Source of the DNA: Nannocystales bacterium
GTDB taxonomy: Bacteria > Myxococcota_A > Polyangia > Nannocystales > Nannocystaceae
Assembly: GCA_050633305.1 (NCBI GenBank)
Contig: JBOEGF010000063.1
Coordinates: 19,409-83,408, forward strand
Direction of reading: 5' to 3'
Length of the DNA stretch: 64,000 nt
This document shows, piece after piece, positions 48,494 to 58,712 of the stretch (positions within the stretch are counted from its first letter, which is position 1; each line of letters begins with the position of its first letter). Under the pieces are notes generated by a model, which saw only the letters and a list, made by a program, of their open reading frames with translations, ran no database searches and had not been told where the DNA came from. Both the position numbers and the translations under genes were made by a program.

Positions 48494-49804
48494 CTACAAC
48501 CCTCCGAATGGTGTGCTCTCCCCGGAGAACGAGCCGAGATTCGCGTCCATCGCATACGCCATTGCAAGGAGCACGCTCTGGTAGGACGCTCCGCCGGCGT
48601 CGATGAGGCGACCGGGATCCAGCGCTCCCGCACCGCCGCCTGCGAGCATGGCAGTGAGATTCTGTCCCGAGTGCGGCCAAGGATCGCCCATGTCACTGCC
48701 GACGTAGACGACGCTGTTGTCGAGAAGGGTAGCGCCACCGTCGTCGATCGCATCCAGGGTCGCGAGGAAGTCGGCGACGCGGTCCATGTACCAGCGAACG
48801 ATCGCCTTGTGCGAAGCAATCGTCGACGCGTCGGTTCCGCTGTGACTGAGATTGTGATGGTTGAAGTTGCCCTGGCCCAGGAACGAGAAGTTCTTGTTCC
48901 CGAAACCGTAGTCCATCGAGTACGTCACGATGCGCGTTGCATCGCAGCGCAGCGCCAGGGCAATGACGTCGAGCATCGCGGGCGTGTGTGTGGAGAACGG
49001 AAGTTCGGCGTTGGGGGCGTCCGATTCGGAACCGCATTCGGTGGCCGGAGGCTGGGTCTGTAGATTCGATTCGACTTCCCGAACTGCGGTGAGGTATTCG
49101 TCGAGTTTCGCGGTGTCTTGTGCTCCGAGCCGTGGCTCGATCGAGGCGATCTGGTCCAACGTGTGATCGAGGACGCTTTGTCTCTTGCGCATCCGCGCGG
49201 CGGCGACCCCCGGGTCGGTCCCCGACGGTACGTAGACCGAGTCGAATGCGACCCTTGCACTCTCGAGCGGTGGGTTGGGAGCGGTCGACGAGGCCCACGA
49301 GATGTACGCGTTGTAGCCCGACGGCCAGCCGGTGTCGGATGGAGGGCCAGCGGGGTATGGCGTTGGCCCCACATGCATGGAGCGTATCGCCGTCGGTGGT
49401 TCGAGCGCGCTCGCTATCGCCTGATCAATCGAGACGTCGACCTCTGGCGTTTGCATGTTCGAGATCGGCGATCCGGTTAAGAACGCTGCCGTGCCGCGAG
49501 AGTGCGCTGGCGACCCGCTGATCGTCTGATTGAGATCTCTGAACATTGAGATCTTGGACTGGAGCGGGGCCAGCGATGTGTGGGCCGTACCCATCGTGTA
49601 GTTCCTGCCGGATCCTCCGAGCTGCCAATCTTCGCGTCGAGTGCTCCCGTTGGGGAAAAAGAGGGCGACGAAACGTTTGGTCGGCTCATGGGAACTCGCT
49701 CGAACGTCACGTGGGAGCACCGATTCAAGAAAAGGCAGCGTCACAGCAACCCCGCAGGCGCGGAGCATCGTCCGCCTCGAAATACGACTCGTCTTCCTCA
49801 TCAT
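48494..49804 (-). CDS. DUF1552 domain protein
   Basis: SRRTMLR Tat signal, LPFLES, FFPNG, SIDQ, SVLD, KLDEYL, CDATR, HNLSH, TLLDNS. Confidence 0.85.
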   Translation of the reverse strand: MMRKTSRISRRTMLRACGVAVTLPFLESVLPRDVRASSHEPTKRFVALFFPNGSTRREDWQLGGSGRNYTMGTAHTSLAPLQSKISMFRDLNQTISGSPAHSRGTAAFLTGSPISNMQTPEVDVSIDQAIASALEPPTAIRSMHVGPTPYPAGPPSDTGWPSGYNAYISWASSTAPNPPLESARVAFDSVYVPSGTDPGVAAARMRKRQSVLDHTLDQIASIEPRLGAQDTAKLDEYLTAVREVESNLQTQPPATECGSESDAPNAELPFSTHTPAMLDVIALALRCDATRIVTYSMDYGFGNKNFSFLGQGNFNHHNLSHSGTDASTIASHKAIVRWYMDRVADFLATLDAIDDGGATLLDNSVVYVGSDMGDPWPHSGQNLTAMLAGGGAGALDPGRLIDAGGASYQSVLLAMAYAMDANLGSFSGESTPFGGL

Positions 49805-51477
49805 TCTTCTCCCGCTCGACTGAGAAACGCATCGCTTGTGACCACTGCCCAAAGCAAGTCCGAGAATCCGGCGTCCTCGTTGACGGTGTCCTGCGCAATC
49901 GCAGAGACGACACACGTATCCCGGTCACCGAGTGATCGCCCCAGAGCGTAGGTCATCATCTTCTTCGTGATGCACTTGGGATAGGCGTCAGTGGTCGCGA
50001 GTTCCTGTGCCATCGCCACGATGCCCGCGAACTCCTCGCCACCGGGCAGCTTCCCGGTGTTGTCCACGGGCAGGCCGTCTGCGGTTTCACGCCACATGCC
50101 TATCGCGTCGTAGTTCTCGAATGTGAATCCGAGCGGATCGATGAGTTCGTGGCAACTGGCGCAGCTCGGGTCTTCACGGTGTCGCTCAAGGCGCTCGCGC
50201 TCCGTTTCGCCCGGCAGGGGTACGGGTTCGGCAGGGACTCCCGCGGCTGGCGGAGGCGGCGCGGCGCACAAGATCGCCTCGGCAAGCCAGACGCCTCTGC
50301 GCACGATGTTGGGCGAGGTCGGGCCGGAGGTCATGGTGAGGATCGCGGGCATCGTTAGAACACCAGCCCGTCGCTCCGCGTTCAACATCGTCGGCTCGAA
50401 CCACGCTCCTGTCGGGCCCGTCGCCTCGTAGATCTCGGCGATGGACGCGTTGGCAAACGTCTGAGTTCCAGTGATGAATTCGAGGGCAGTCGCGTCGCGG
50501 TCACGGACGCCTTTGAAAAACAGCCGCATTTCCTCCCTCATCTCAGTGCGTAGTTGTTCGCTGAACAACGGAAACGCGCCAGCGTCGGGAGTGGCCGAGT
50601 CCAGCCTCCCAAGCTGCAGCCACTGATTGAAGAAACCATCGAACAGCGCGGCCGCCTTGGGGTCGGCGAGCATGCGGTCGAACTCTGCCCGCAGCACCTC
50701 ACGGTCCCCCATGTTTCCCTCTCCGGCCCGGGCCAGCAGGCTGTCGTCGGGCGTGCTCCCCCAAAGAAAATACGAGAGGCGAGATGCCACCTCGTAGTCG
50801 GTAAGCCCAAGAATTTGTCCGGGCCCAAGCGGCGCCGCCCCGTCTCCGGGAACGTTGCGGTAGAGGAACTGTGGGCTCATCAGCATGCCCACCAGTGCGA
50901 GGCCAATCGACGCCTCGAACGTCTCCCCTTCGCCTTGAGCGAACTCGACGAGCGCTTCGAGGTCGCCGAGTTCGGTCGGGCTCGGTGGACGTCGGTACAC
51001 CCTCAGCGCGAGCGCTGCCAACGTCGATCGGGCGCAATCGACGGTCTGATCTGGATCGCAGGTCACGATCTGGTCCGACATCGTGCTCATGGCAACAGCC
51101 GCGACGTCCTCCGAGGCGTCGAGCAGCAGCTCGACAAGCTGCGGACTGGCGGTGAGGCTTCCGGCATTGTTGTCGAAGCTGCTGGTCGTCGAATCGGGGG
51201 GGAAGGCGTCGGCGGGCGAGCTATCCACGCCGAAGAGATCGAAGACGGTCCGGTTGTACTCGGAGCGGGTGAGGCGCTGTAGTCCCACCCGGCCCGGCGT
51301 GACCTCGCAATCGGTCCAGGGGTCGTCCGAGAAGGGATCGCCGGTCTCGCTACCGCTCGCGTCCCCTTCGGTCTCGGTGGTTTCGGTACCGCCACCTGCG
51401 AGCGGGTTCGAGTCCTGGCACGCGATGGTCAACGGCGTGGTGGTGGCGAACGACCCAATGAGCATCCAACGTTTCAT
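49801..51477 (-). CDS. DUF1592/1588/1585 multi-domain protein
   Basis: RLTRSEYNRTV, SPQFLYR, ASRLSYFLW, RRGVW, CASCH..IDPLG..FENYDAIG, YALGR. Confidence 0.88.
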   Translation of the reverse strand: MKRWMLIGSFATTTPLTIACQDSNPLAGGGTETTETEGDASGSETGDPFSDDPWTDCEVTPGRVGLQRLTRSEYNRTVFDLFGVDSSPADAFPPDSTTSSFDNNAGSLTASPQLVELLLDASEDVAAVAMSTMSDQIVTCDPDQTVDCARSTLAALALRVYRRPPSPTELGDLEALVEFAQGEGETFEASIGLALVGMLMSPQFLYRNVPGDGAAPLGPGQILGLTDYEVASRLSYFLWGSTPDDSLLARAGEGNMGDREVLRAEFDRMLADPKAAALFDGFFNQWLQLGRLDSATPDAGAFPLFSEQLRTEMREEMRLFFKGVRDRDATALEFITGTQTFANASIAEIYEATGPTGAWFEPTMLNAERRAGVLTMPAILTMTSGPTSPNIVRRGVWLAEAILCAAPPPPAAGVPAEPVPLPGETERERLERHREDPSCASCHELIDPLGFTFENYDAIGMWRETADGLPVDNTGKLPGGEEFAGIVAMAQELATTDAYPKCITKKMMTYALGRSLGDRDTCVVSAIAQDTVNEDAGFSDLLWAVVTSDAFLSRAGEE

Positions 51478-51497
51478 GGCGCGGTCCGTCCGGTGTT

Positions 51498-52061
51498 TCA
51501 GTAACAAACGACCTCGACGGGACAGCACGGCTCGGCAATGTCCATCGGGTAGCAGGTGTCGAACGGAGGCTCGACGTCAAAGACGCCGCAATAGCAGTTG
51601 CCTTCTTCACAGAATCGCAGGTCGCCTTCGACGATCGGGTGCGCACCGTCGCATTCGGGGGGCGGCCCACCCGTCGACCCCGTGTCGCTGCCGGCGTCCG
51701 AAGACATTCCCGACGATCCGTCGCTGGAGCCGGACGAGTCCCCCCCAGCCGTCGTGCCACCCCCCACGCAGTCGCACTCCGAGAATCCACTTCCGTCGGC
51801 GAGGCAGATCTGGTTGGAGGAGGTTCCGTCTGCGCAGGCGCACACTTCGAGCGCGCCCGGCTCGCAGAGAGGTTGTCCTGTCGACGTCGTCTCTGCGGCG
51901 GTCGTACTTGTCGTGCTGCCCGTCGCTGTCGGCGCACCGCCCGTGGTGCCGCCAGTCGTGGCGTCCGTCTCCCCCACGGCAGAATCTTCCGCAAGACATC
52001 CAAGCGACGCGACGAAGAAGGCGACCAGGGTGAGGCGGCTTGTCTGTATCTCCACACCCAT
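51498..52061 (-). CDS. Thr/Ser- and Cys-rich lipoprotein
   Basis: SLGC lipobox, CEPG..CAC..QIC..GSGFSECDC module. Confidence 0.7.
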   Translation of the reverse strand: MGVEIQTSRLTLVAFFVASLGCLAEDSAVGETDATTGGTTGGAPTATGSTTSTTAAETTSTGQPLCEPGALEVCACADGTSSNQICLADGSGFSECDCVGGGTTAGGDSSGSSDGSSGMSSDAGSDTGSTGGPPPECDGAHPIVEGDLRFCEEGNCYCGVFDVEPPFDTCYPMDIAEPCCPVEVVCY

Positions 52062-52189
52062 TTTGGCCGGCAGAGGTGCTTTCCATCAAACAAAAAGCGG
52101 GGCGATCGAAAACGCGCGCTGCCGGACGTGCGACCGTGTGCCCGTCTATGGCCAAAACACAGGGCGGAACCCTGTTCCTGGCTCCCGTC

Positions 52190-53001
52190 TGTCAAGGCTC
52201 GGGTGAACTGATCGCCCTCAGCTCGGGTGAACTTATCCGGTCATTCGGACGTGGCGAACTCGGAGGTTTCCATTTGGGCGAATGGAGCCTCCAGCTCGGC
52301 TGAACTGATCCACGGAGGCGTGCCGGAGAATCATCAGGACGCCTTCTTCTTCGGACGCGATGGCGGATTCCGATAGGAGGCGCCGGTGACTTCGATGACC
52401 TTCACGTGGTGCAGAAGTCGGTCCATCGCCGCGTTGCCGAGCAGCTGGTCGTTGAACAAGGGCGCCCACTCCTCGAGCCCGCGGTTTGAGGTGATCACGG
52501 TGGAGGCCCGTTCGTAACGCTGACGAATGATGTCGTGCAGGCCGATGGGTTCATCGCCGGTCAGGGCACGCAGGCCGAGGTCGTCGATGATGATGAGTAA
52601 GTCGACGCTGGAGTACCGAGCAAGCCGCCGGTCGTGCGTGCCGTCGGCTCGGCAGGCGCGGAGGTCCTTGAGCATCTTGTGGGCGGGGGTGTACAGCACG
52701 TCGAAGCCCGCGAGGCAGGCCCGGTGACCGATGGCCTGCGCGATGTGGCTCTTGCCGACGCCGGCCTGGCCGACGATGCAGACGTTCTCGTGCTTGCGAA
52801 TGAAGCCACACGTTGCGAGGTCAATGACCTGGGTTTTGGGGACCCTGGGATTGAACGTGAAGTCGAAATCGTCGAGCGACTTACGGTGCTCGAAGTTCGC
52901 CTTTCGCAGGCGGGTGTCGAGCTGCTTGGCGTCGCGACGTTCGACCTCGTCGGAGAGCAGCCGCAGCAGGAACTCGGCCGTCGGGATGTCGTCGTCGACC
53001 G
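52190..53001 (-). mobile_element. IS21-family remnant (right end plus truncated istB)
   Basis: Terminus TGTCAAG at 52190 with three GCTCGG(G/C)TGAACT(G/T)ATC repeats, followed by istB. Confidence 0.8.
52334..53001 (-). pseudogene. istB: IstB ATPase, 5' truncated
   Basis: LDDFDF, GQAGVGKS, LIIIDDLG, ITSN, AMDRLLH. Confidence 0.85.
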
Positions 53002-53285
53002 GTCTCCGTTCGACGAACCGCGTCGTGACACGGAGCACCGCCGGAGCTATGCCCGATCAAGTTGGTCGTCGAAGGCACCGAGGGAGAGCTGGCGGAAGAC
53101 GTCGGCAGCGAGGAGCTGCTGAGTGCGCTCGTCCTTCTTGGTCTCGGTCCACTCCGAGCCCCTGGCCGCTCGCCCTCCACGACCGAACCCGTTCCAGCCA
53201 CTCTCCCCGCGTCGCCCGTTTGCTCACCGGTCCGGCCCACGCCGGGCACCGCCTCATGTCACGACGCGGATCGCCGAACGGATAC
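53002..53285 (-). mobile_element. IS66-derived miniature element (internal deletion)
   Basis: 29-bp imperfect terminal inverted repeats GT(A/C)TCCGTTCG(G/A)CGA(T/A)CCGCGTCGTGACA enclosing a TnpA-like start (RGEWLERVRSWRASG). Confidence 0.7.
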
Positions 53286-53774
53286 AAATGACCTCGGCGA
53301 ACATTGCGGTTGTTGCGGAGGGCGCCACGGCTCGGAGGAGGGATGTTTGTGGACGGAATGGCGCTCGGTCGTGGCCTCGTTCCGGAAGTATGACACCACG
53401 GCCCATGAGCAAGTCCGGCGTTGCCACACTCGATGCCTTGTCGAGGGCCTCGCCCCGACCCGATGGCGAGCGATGAGTCCTCGTCTCGAAGGCTGGGGAA
53501 GGACGAGGGCGGGATGATGGCCCTGGGCATTGAGCGCCCTGGGGCTCGCATGTACTCGCTGCGCGCGTCTATAAGCAGAACGGATGCATGATGCGAGGCC
53601 CCGACGTCGAGTTTGTTTCGGGATGAGCACCGGCGATGGTTCCCGGTCACCTTTCGATAGGATGGCGAGGTGCGCAAAGGGTTCTGCAGGTCAAATTCAT
53701 CACCAGTTCGCAGAGAGATCGGCGCAGCAGCCCGCAGGTCTTGATCTGGTGGCATTCGTGGCACGAATGAGAAC

Positions 53775-53793
53775 GAAAATGATATTGACTTTC
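53775..53793 (+). promoter_or_regulatory. Fur box-like site
   Basis: GAAAATGATATTGACTTTC matches GATAATGATAATCATTATC at 14/19. Upstream of iron-uptake-type genes. Confidence 0.65.
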
Positions 53794-53819
53794 ATCGCGA
53801 TGAAAGCCAAGGTTGGGAT

Positions 53820-54184
53820 ATGAAGCGCCCCTTCCTCGCCTTGGGCCCGTGCGCCGTCGCCTGCAATGCCTCCTCGGGGTCGGCGGAGCTCGATGTGCCT
53901 GAGACGTACGTCTCCGAGAGCCGTTTCGAACGATGCAGGACATGAACGCGGCGGACTACCGTTTCGCCGACCATGCCAATCACTGGAGCGAACTCAGGGG
54001 CTTTGTGCTGATGTTGCAGTTCAATCCGCGCACCCAGAGGACGTCCGAGGCGCTCTCATCTGTGCACACGCTGGTGGGGCTAGCGCCGGTCGTGCCTGGG
54101 CAAACGGGCGCACAGGACCACGCTAACCTGGTCTCCGCACGTGACCTGCTAGCCGGGGCGTACGGCTTCGAAAACGGCTGGTGA
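53820..54184 (+). pseudogene. DUF4856-like lipoprotein, internally deleted
   Basis: N-terminal lipobox AVAC..VPETYVSESRF joined out of frame to C-terminal HWSELRGFVLMLQFNPR...ARDLLAGAYGF. Confidence 0.6.
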
Positions 54185-55404
54185 TGGGAGCCATGATGAA
54201 GACTTTCTCGTTTCGTTCATCCGTGCACTGGGCCATCGCCGCCGCGACCGTCATTGCATGGGCGTGTGGCGACGGGGCGGGGGCGCCGAGCGCTGCCGTC
54301 GACGAGGATGCAGCGCGCCCGGTGCTGCGCAGCCTCGCCAACAACGTCTTGGCGCCCACGTACGCCGAGTTTCAAACCGCCGCCGACGCGCTCGAGGTCG
54401 CAGCGTCCGCCCACGCCGACGCGGTCGCGTCCGGAGGCGACACTGCTGCGAGCGACGCCGCGTTGCGCGAGGCCTATGCAGCGGCCTGGGTCGCGTGGCA
54501 GCGCGCCGAGGTGATGCAGCTGGGGCCAGCGGCGGGTACCGAAGGGGTGGGCGGGGCGTTCGGCCGGGACGAGGTCTACTCGTGGCCCTCGGTCAATCCA
54601 TGCCAGGTCGACCAAGAATTGGTGGCGCTCAGCTACTCCGACTCCGATTTCTTCGAGGTGCGGCTGGTCAACGCCTACGGCTTCGACGCGCTGGAATATC
54701 TGGTGTTCGCCGAGGGCACCGACAACGCCTGCGCCCCCCAGCTTCAGATCAACGCGGACGGCGAGTGGGATGCGCTCGGGGAAGAAACCATCGGCGAGCG
54801 CCGGGCGGCCTATGCCGCGGCGGTTGCCGGCGGCATCGCGGAACAGGCGGCCACGTTTGCACAGGCATGGGCACCCGGCGGCGTCTGGAACGGCGCGCTC
54901 GCCGATCCACCCTCGGGTGCCTACGAGACGGTCCAGGTCGCCGTGGACGAGGTCTTGCGGGCGATGTTCTACGTCGACAGAGTGCTCAAGGACGCCAAGC
55001 TGGCCCGCCCTGCCGGCATCTTGGGCTGCACCGCCGACATCTGCCTCGATGGGATCGAGGCCCCGCTGTCCCGGCGCTCGGGTGAAGCTGCGTTGGCCAA
55101 CCTCGAGGGCTTCTCCCGGCTCTACCACGGCGGTTCGGATCCCGCGGCCCACGACGGCTTCGACGACATATTGCGCGATGCGGGCGAGGGTGTACTGGCC
55201 GACGAGATCACCGCCGACATCGACGCCGCCATCGTGGCACTCTCCGCGATCGACGAGCCGTTTGCCGATGCACTTTCGGCGGACCCCGCAGCGCTCGATG
55301 CAGCGCACGCCGCCGTGGTCGAGTTGACCGACGACCTCAAGGGCGACTTCCCGGCGGTGCTGGCCCTCAACATTCCTTCGGAGGCGGCGGGTGACGCCGA
55401 CTAA
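54181..55404 (+). CDS. Imelysin family lipoprotein
   Basis: WQRAEVMQLGP, YSWP, GFDALEYL, DAKLARP, C-terminal GDAD. Confidence 0.85.
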   Translation: MMGAMMKTFSFRSSVHWAIAAATVIAWACGDGAGAPSAAVDEDAARPVLRSLANNVLAPTYAEFQTAADALEVAASAHADAVASGGDTAASDAALREAYAAAWVAWQRAEVMQLGPAAGTEGVGGAFGRDEVYSWPSVNPCQVDQELVALSYSDSDFFEVRLVNAYGFDALEYLVFAEGTDNACAPQLQINADGEWDALGEETIGERRAAYAAAVAGGIAEQAATFAQAWAPGGVWNGALADPPSGAYETVQVAVDEVLRAMFYVDRVLKDAKLARPAGILGCTADICLDGIEAPLSRRSGEAALANLEGFSRLYHGGSDPAAHDGFDDILRDAGEGVLADEITADIDAAIVALSAIDEPFADALSADPAALDAAHAAVVELTDDLKGDFPAVLALNIPSEAAGDAD

Positions 55405-55504
55405 CATCCTCGCGGGGCGCCTCGGTGCGCTTGGCCAGCAACTCGCAGCCCATCTGCAGTCGCCGGTCAGGGTCCCAACCACATCGGCGTAAAAAGGTGC
55501 AGGA

Positions 55505-56173
55505 GTGCAATCTGCGCCCAAGCCCGGCGTCGCCCCTGCTCTACTGCTCCGCACCCAAGCCGGTCTGCATGAGCTGATGGAGCGATACGCAGACGGGGAC
55601 CGTCGAGCGCTCGAACAGCTGCACAGGGCGCTCTCGCATCGGCTGTGGAGGTTTCTGTTCAAGTTCGTGCACGATGAACCCGCGTGCGACGACCTCGTCC
55701 AACTCACGCTTCTGAAGGCACACCTGGCACGCGCTCGATTCCGCGTCCCCAGGCAGGACCTCAAGGGCAGCGTTCAAGCCTGGTACTTCTCCATCGCGCG
55801 CAACGTCGCCATGGATTTCTTGCGCGACCGCCACCTCTCTCAGAGGCGCGAAGCGGGCGGAGCTGACAATGGAAACGGCTCCGTCGGCGCCCTGCCGGAC
55901 CTCCGCCCAACAGCCCTGGAGCACTGCGAACAAGTTGAGTCCGAGGCTGTCATCGCCGAAGAGGTCCGGGCGGCGATCGAGCAGCTTCCGTCCAAGCAGC
56001 GGGAGGCGCTCGAGCTCCACAAGTTTCGTGGCATGTCGATGGCCGACATCGCGAGCCACTTGCAAGTTCGCGAAGGCACGGTCCGAGTCCGTGCGCATCG
56101 CGCATACAAGACGCTGGCACGACTGCTTCGGCCCCGAAAGCGCGCACTTCTCGGGCAAGACGATGCTCCGTAG
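55505..56173 (+). CDS. ECF RNA polymerase sigma factor
   Basis: DDLVQLTLLKAH, WYFSIARN, EGTVRVRAHRAY. Start uncertain. Confidence 0.85.
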   Translation: MQSAPKPGVAPALLLRTQAGLHELMERYADGDRRALEQLHRALSHRLWRFLFKFVHDEPACDDLVQLTLLKAHLARARFRVPRQDLKGSVQAWYFSIARNVAMDFLRDRHLSQRREAGGADNGNGSVGALPDLRPTALEHCEQVESEAVIAEEVRAAIEQLPSKQREALELHKFRGMSMADIASHLQVREGTVRVRAHRAYKTLARLLRPRKRALLGQDDAP

Positions 56174-57183
56174 CAGACTCAGGACCCGAGTGCGTCGGAG
56201 CAGGCTCCCGACCTGACCGTGAAAACCTGAAGGCCGCCCACAACATCCGCCTGCCCCCTGTCCGACGCCCAGGGCGCACCACTCGTGATCGGCCCACAGA
56301 GAATGTGAGAATGGCCGCCACGATTGGATCCATCGCACGCGACCGTAACGCCGCTCGCAGCTTCTGCTGGACGCAGACACGGTTGCGAGAGTCGCAGGGC
56401 TCCGAAAGCTGGGGGAAGCCACCATGGTTCAGGAGGCCGCTGGGATGGTGATGAGGACCCGCGGTTTGCCTCCATGACCACTGGGCGTCACAGCGGCGCT
56501 CGGGGGCCTTGGGCGCCGAGTCCTCGACGTTTCGAGGCGAGGAGCCGAAGGTGGCCGCAATCGGCCTTGTCTGGTGGGGGAGTTGGAAGATGTACAATCG
56601 GTGCTGCGGTCGCAACAGCCGCGCGTTTGCGCGGGTCGTGCTTGCGGTGTAGGGTCGACCTGTTCTGCAGGGGCATAATATCCCCATTGGACATGGTCAA
56701 AGTTGTCGGGATTTTTTGCCACGGGTGGGCAGGGGGCCTTGGGGCGCCAAGTAGGACCGAAAATCGAGGTCCTGAAACGGCGGGTGTTCAGGTGGTCGCG
56801 GTTGCCCCCGCTCCGAGGAGAAGACAGCGAAAGCGCCAGCGTCGGTCGGGCAGGCCGGGAGGCGTTCGACCGGGTTCTCATGGAGGTGTTGCAAGGTGTG
56901 ACGAGCGGAAGGAGCGCTCGCGACATCGTCGAGGAGACGTACGCCTCGCTTGAGGCAGATCCGCAGGGCGGTCGCTCGACTGCTCGCGAAGAAGGTCCGC
57001 TTCGAGGGCAGGACGGCGGCGCGTCGGCCCCGGGCTTGGGACCGGGCTCCGTTGCCGCCGCAGCTTCCGACGAGGGTGGCCTGCTGGTGGGCGGACGTGG
57101 TCACGACGCACAGCGCCAACACGCCGTGAACGTTGGCACCGGAGGTTGGCCCGTCTCCGGCATCGACCCCGTTGGTGGTTGGG

Positions 57184-57790
57184 TGTCACGCTCGGGCGAG
57201 AGATGTCCCTTGCAGCACGGTCGCTCAGTTCGGCAGATGTGACCAGGGGTGCAGGACGGTCCTTCGACGTCAGGCCACGTTGCGGCCGCGACCGCCGAGC
57301 GGGTTTCGGTACGAGTCGCCGACAATCTCGATGATGCGGCCGTGATGAAGAGCCCGGTCCATCGCCGCGCTCGCCAGCAGCTCGTCGTTGAACAGCGGCG
57401 CCCATTCCGGCAAGGCGCGGTTGGACGTGATGACGGTCGAGCCCCGCTAGTATCGCTGCCGAATGATCTCGTACAGGTCGATGGGCTCGTCCCCGACAAG
57501 CAGCCGGAGACCGAGGTCGTCGATGACGGGGAGGTCAGCGTTCGCGAACCGCTGGAGTTTCCGCTCACGAGTGTTGTCCGCTCGGGCTGCCCGGAGCTGG
57601 GTCAGCATAGCGTGCGCGGACGCGTGCAACACGGTGTTGGCCGCGATGCAGGCGCGGTGACCGATCTCTTGTGCGATGTGGCTCTTCCCGACGCCGGTCG
57701 GCCCGACGATGCAGACGTTCTCTCGCTTGTCGATGAAGGCGCACGTGGCCAGATCGATGATCTTGCTTTTGGGAGTCTTGGGGTTGACCT
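57184..57790 (-). mobile_element. istB: Second IS21-family remnant with istB pseudogene
   Basis: TGTCACGCTCGGG end at 57184. GPTGVGKS, DDLG, in-frame TAG at 57448, AMDR. 5' truncated. Confidence 0.78.
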
Positions 57791-57799
57791 CGCAACCGT

Positions 57800-57952
57800 G
57801 ATCTCATCGCTGCCCGCGTCAGCATCGACGCCTTCTACGACTCACGCCGCCGCCACTCGGCTATCTCAGCCCCACCGTATTCGAGGCGATGAAAGCTCAA
57901 CACCAACTCGAAGCCGCGTAACCGAGGTGTCCACTTTTTCGCGGAAACTCCA
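57800..57952 (+). mobile_element. IS3-family remnant (transposase C-terminus plus right end)
   Basis: IDAFYDSRRRHS/GYLSPTVFE...AA* followed by GTGTCCACTTTTTCGCGGAAACTCCA. Confidence 0.7.
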
Positions 57953-58103
57953 ATAGATGAGCGACACGTCCGAGCTGACGAACTCGAGCAGCTCATCGAA
58001 GTCCACAGGTGGGATCGCTCAGCTTCGACGCTTCGACAGCAACTCCTCGATCCTCCCAGACGCCGATAGCGTTGGACGACCCGACGGAGAGACGGACCGA
58101 GGC

Positions 58104-58712
58104 CTAACCCGGCATTCCGTCGGGCGGCTCCGCCGGATGGCCACTGCCGTACGGGATGCCGGGCGCAGGCACCTGCGCCGTCGACGGTATGCTCGCGGCG
58201 GGCAGCGAGGCCACGAACGCCTTGCCGCACTTCAGCCACGCGTACGCTTCGGTGATCTTCTTGGGCCGCACGGCAAATGTTGCAACCTGCACGATCACCA
58301 TCCCAGCGATGCCCCCGAACACCCCCAAGCCAAGGGACACACCAGGGTTGCTCCCGAAGCCGGCCGAACACGACGCCACGCTGGAGATCGCCAAGAACGC
58401 TCCCGCACCCAGGATCCAACGTCGACGCGAGCGGTGCGAGGGGCACAGGCCTACGTGCCCCACATACGACTTGCGGATCACCAACGCGACGACGGCATAG
58501 ACCAACACCCCCGGAAGGATCAGGACGTACAACCACGCCGGATGCCAATACAGCGACTGCTTGAGGCGGTAGCCCTCCGCAGGCGCGTTGCACTTCACGC
58601 AGCGGTCCGGCCACGGTGCGCTCATCGGCGCGATCGCGAGCCCGCTCTCGCCGCGAAGCCAATCCTGACTCAGTGCGGCCTGCCCAGCCGGCATCGGAAG
58701 TCCGTGATGCAT
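58104..58712 (-). CDS. Hypothetical membrane protein
   Basis: PDRCVKCN, YWHPAW, GLCPSH, about three TM segments. Start uncertain. Confidence 0.65.
   Translation of the reverse strand: MHHGLPMPAGQAALSQDWLRGESGLAIAPMSAPWPDRCVKCNAPAEGYRLKQSLYWHPAWLYVLILPGVLVYAVVALVIRKSYVGHVGLCPSHRSRRRWILGAGAFLAISSVASCSAGFGSNPGVSLGLGVFGGIAGMVIVQVATFAVRPKKITEAYAWLKCGKAFVASLPAASIPSTAQVPAPGIPYGSGHPAEPPDGMPG

Noticed and set aside
53600..53750. Possible cobalamin or other riboswitch upstream of DUF4856
   Set aside because: No B12-box or other conserved core was recognised. The Fur-like box explains the regulation better.
56170..57180. Anti-sigma or HTH remnants downstream of the second ECF sigma
   Set aside because: Only short, stop-interrupted hints (CPLSD..LVIG and EAFDRVLMEVL). 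Too weak to call.
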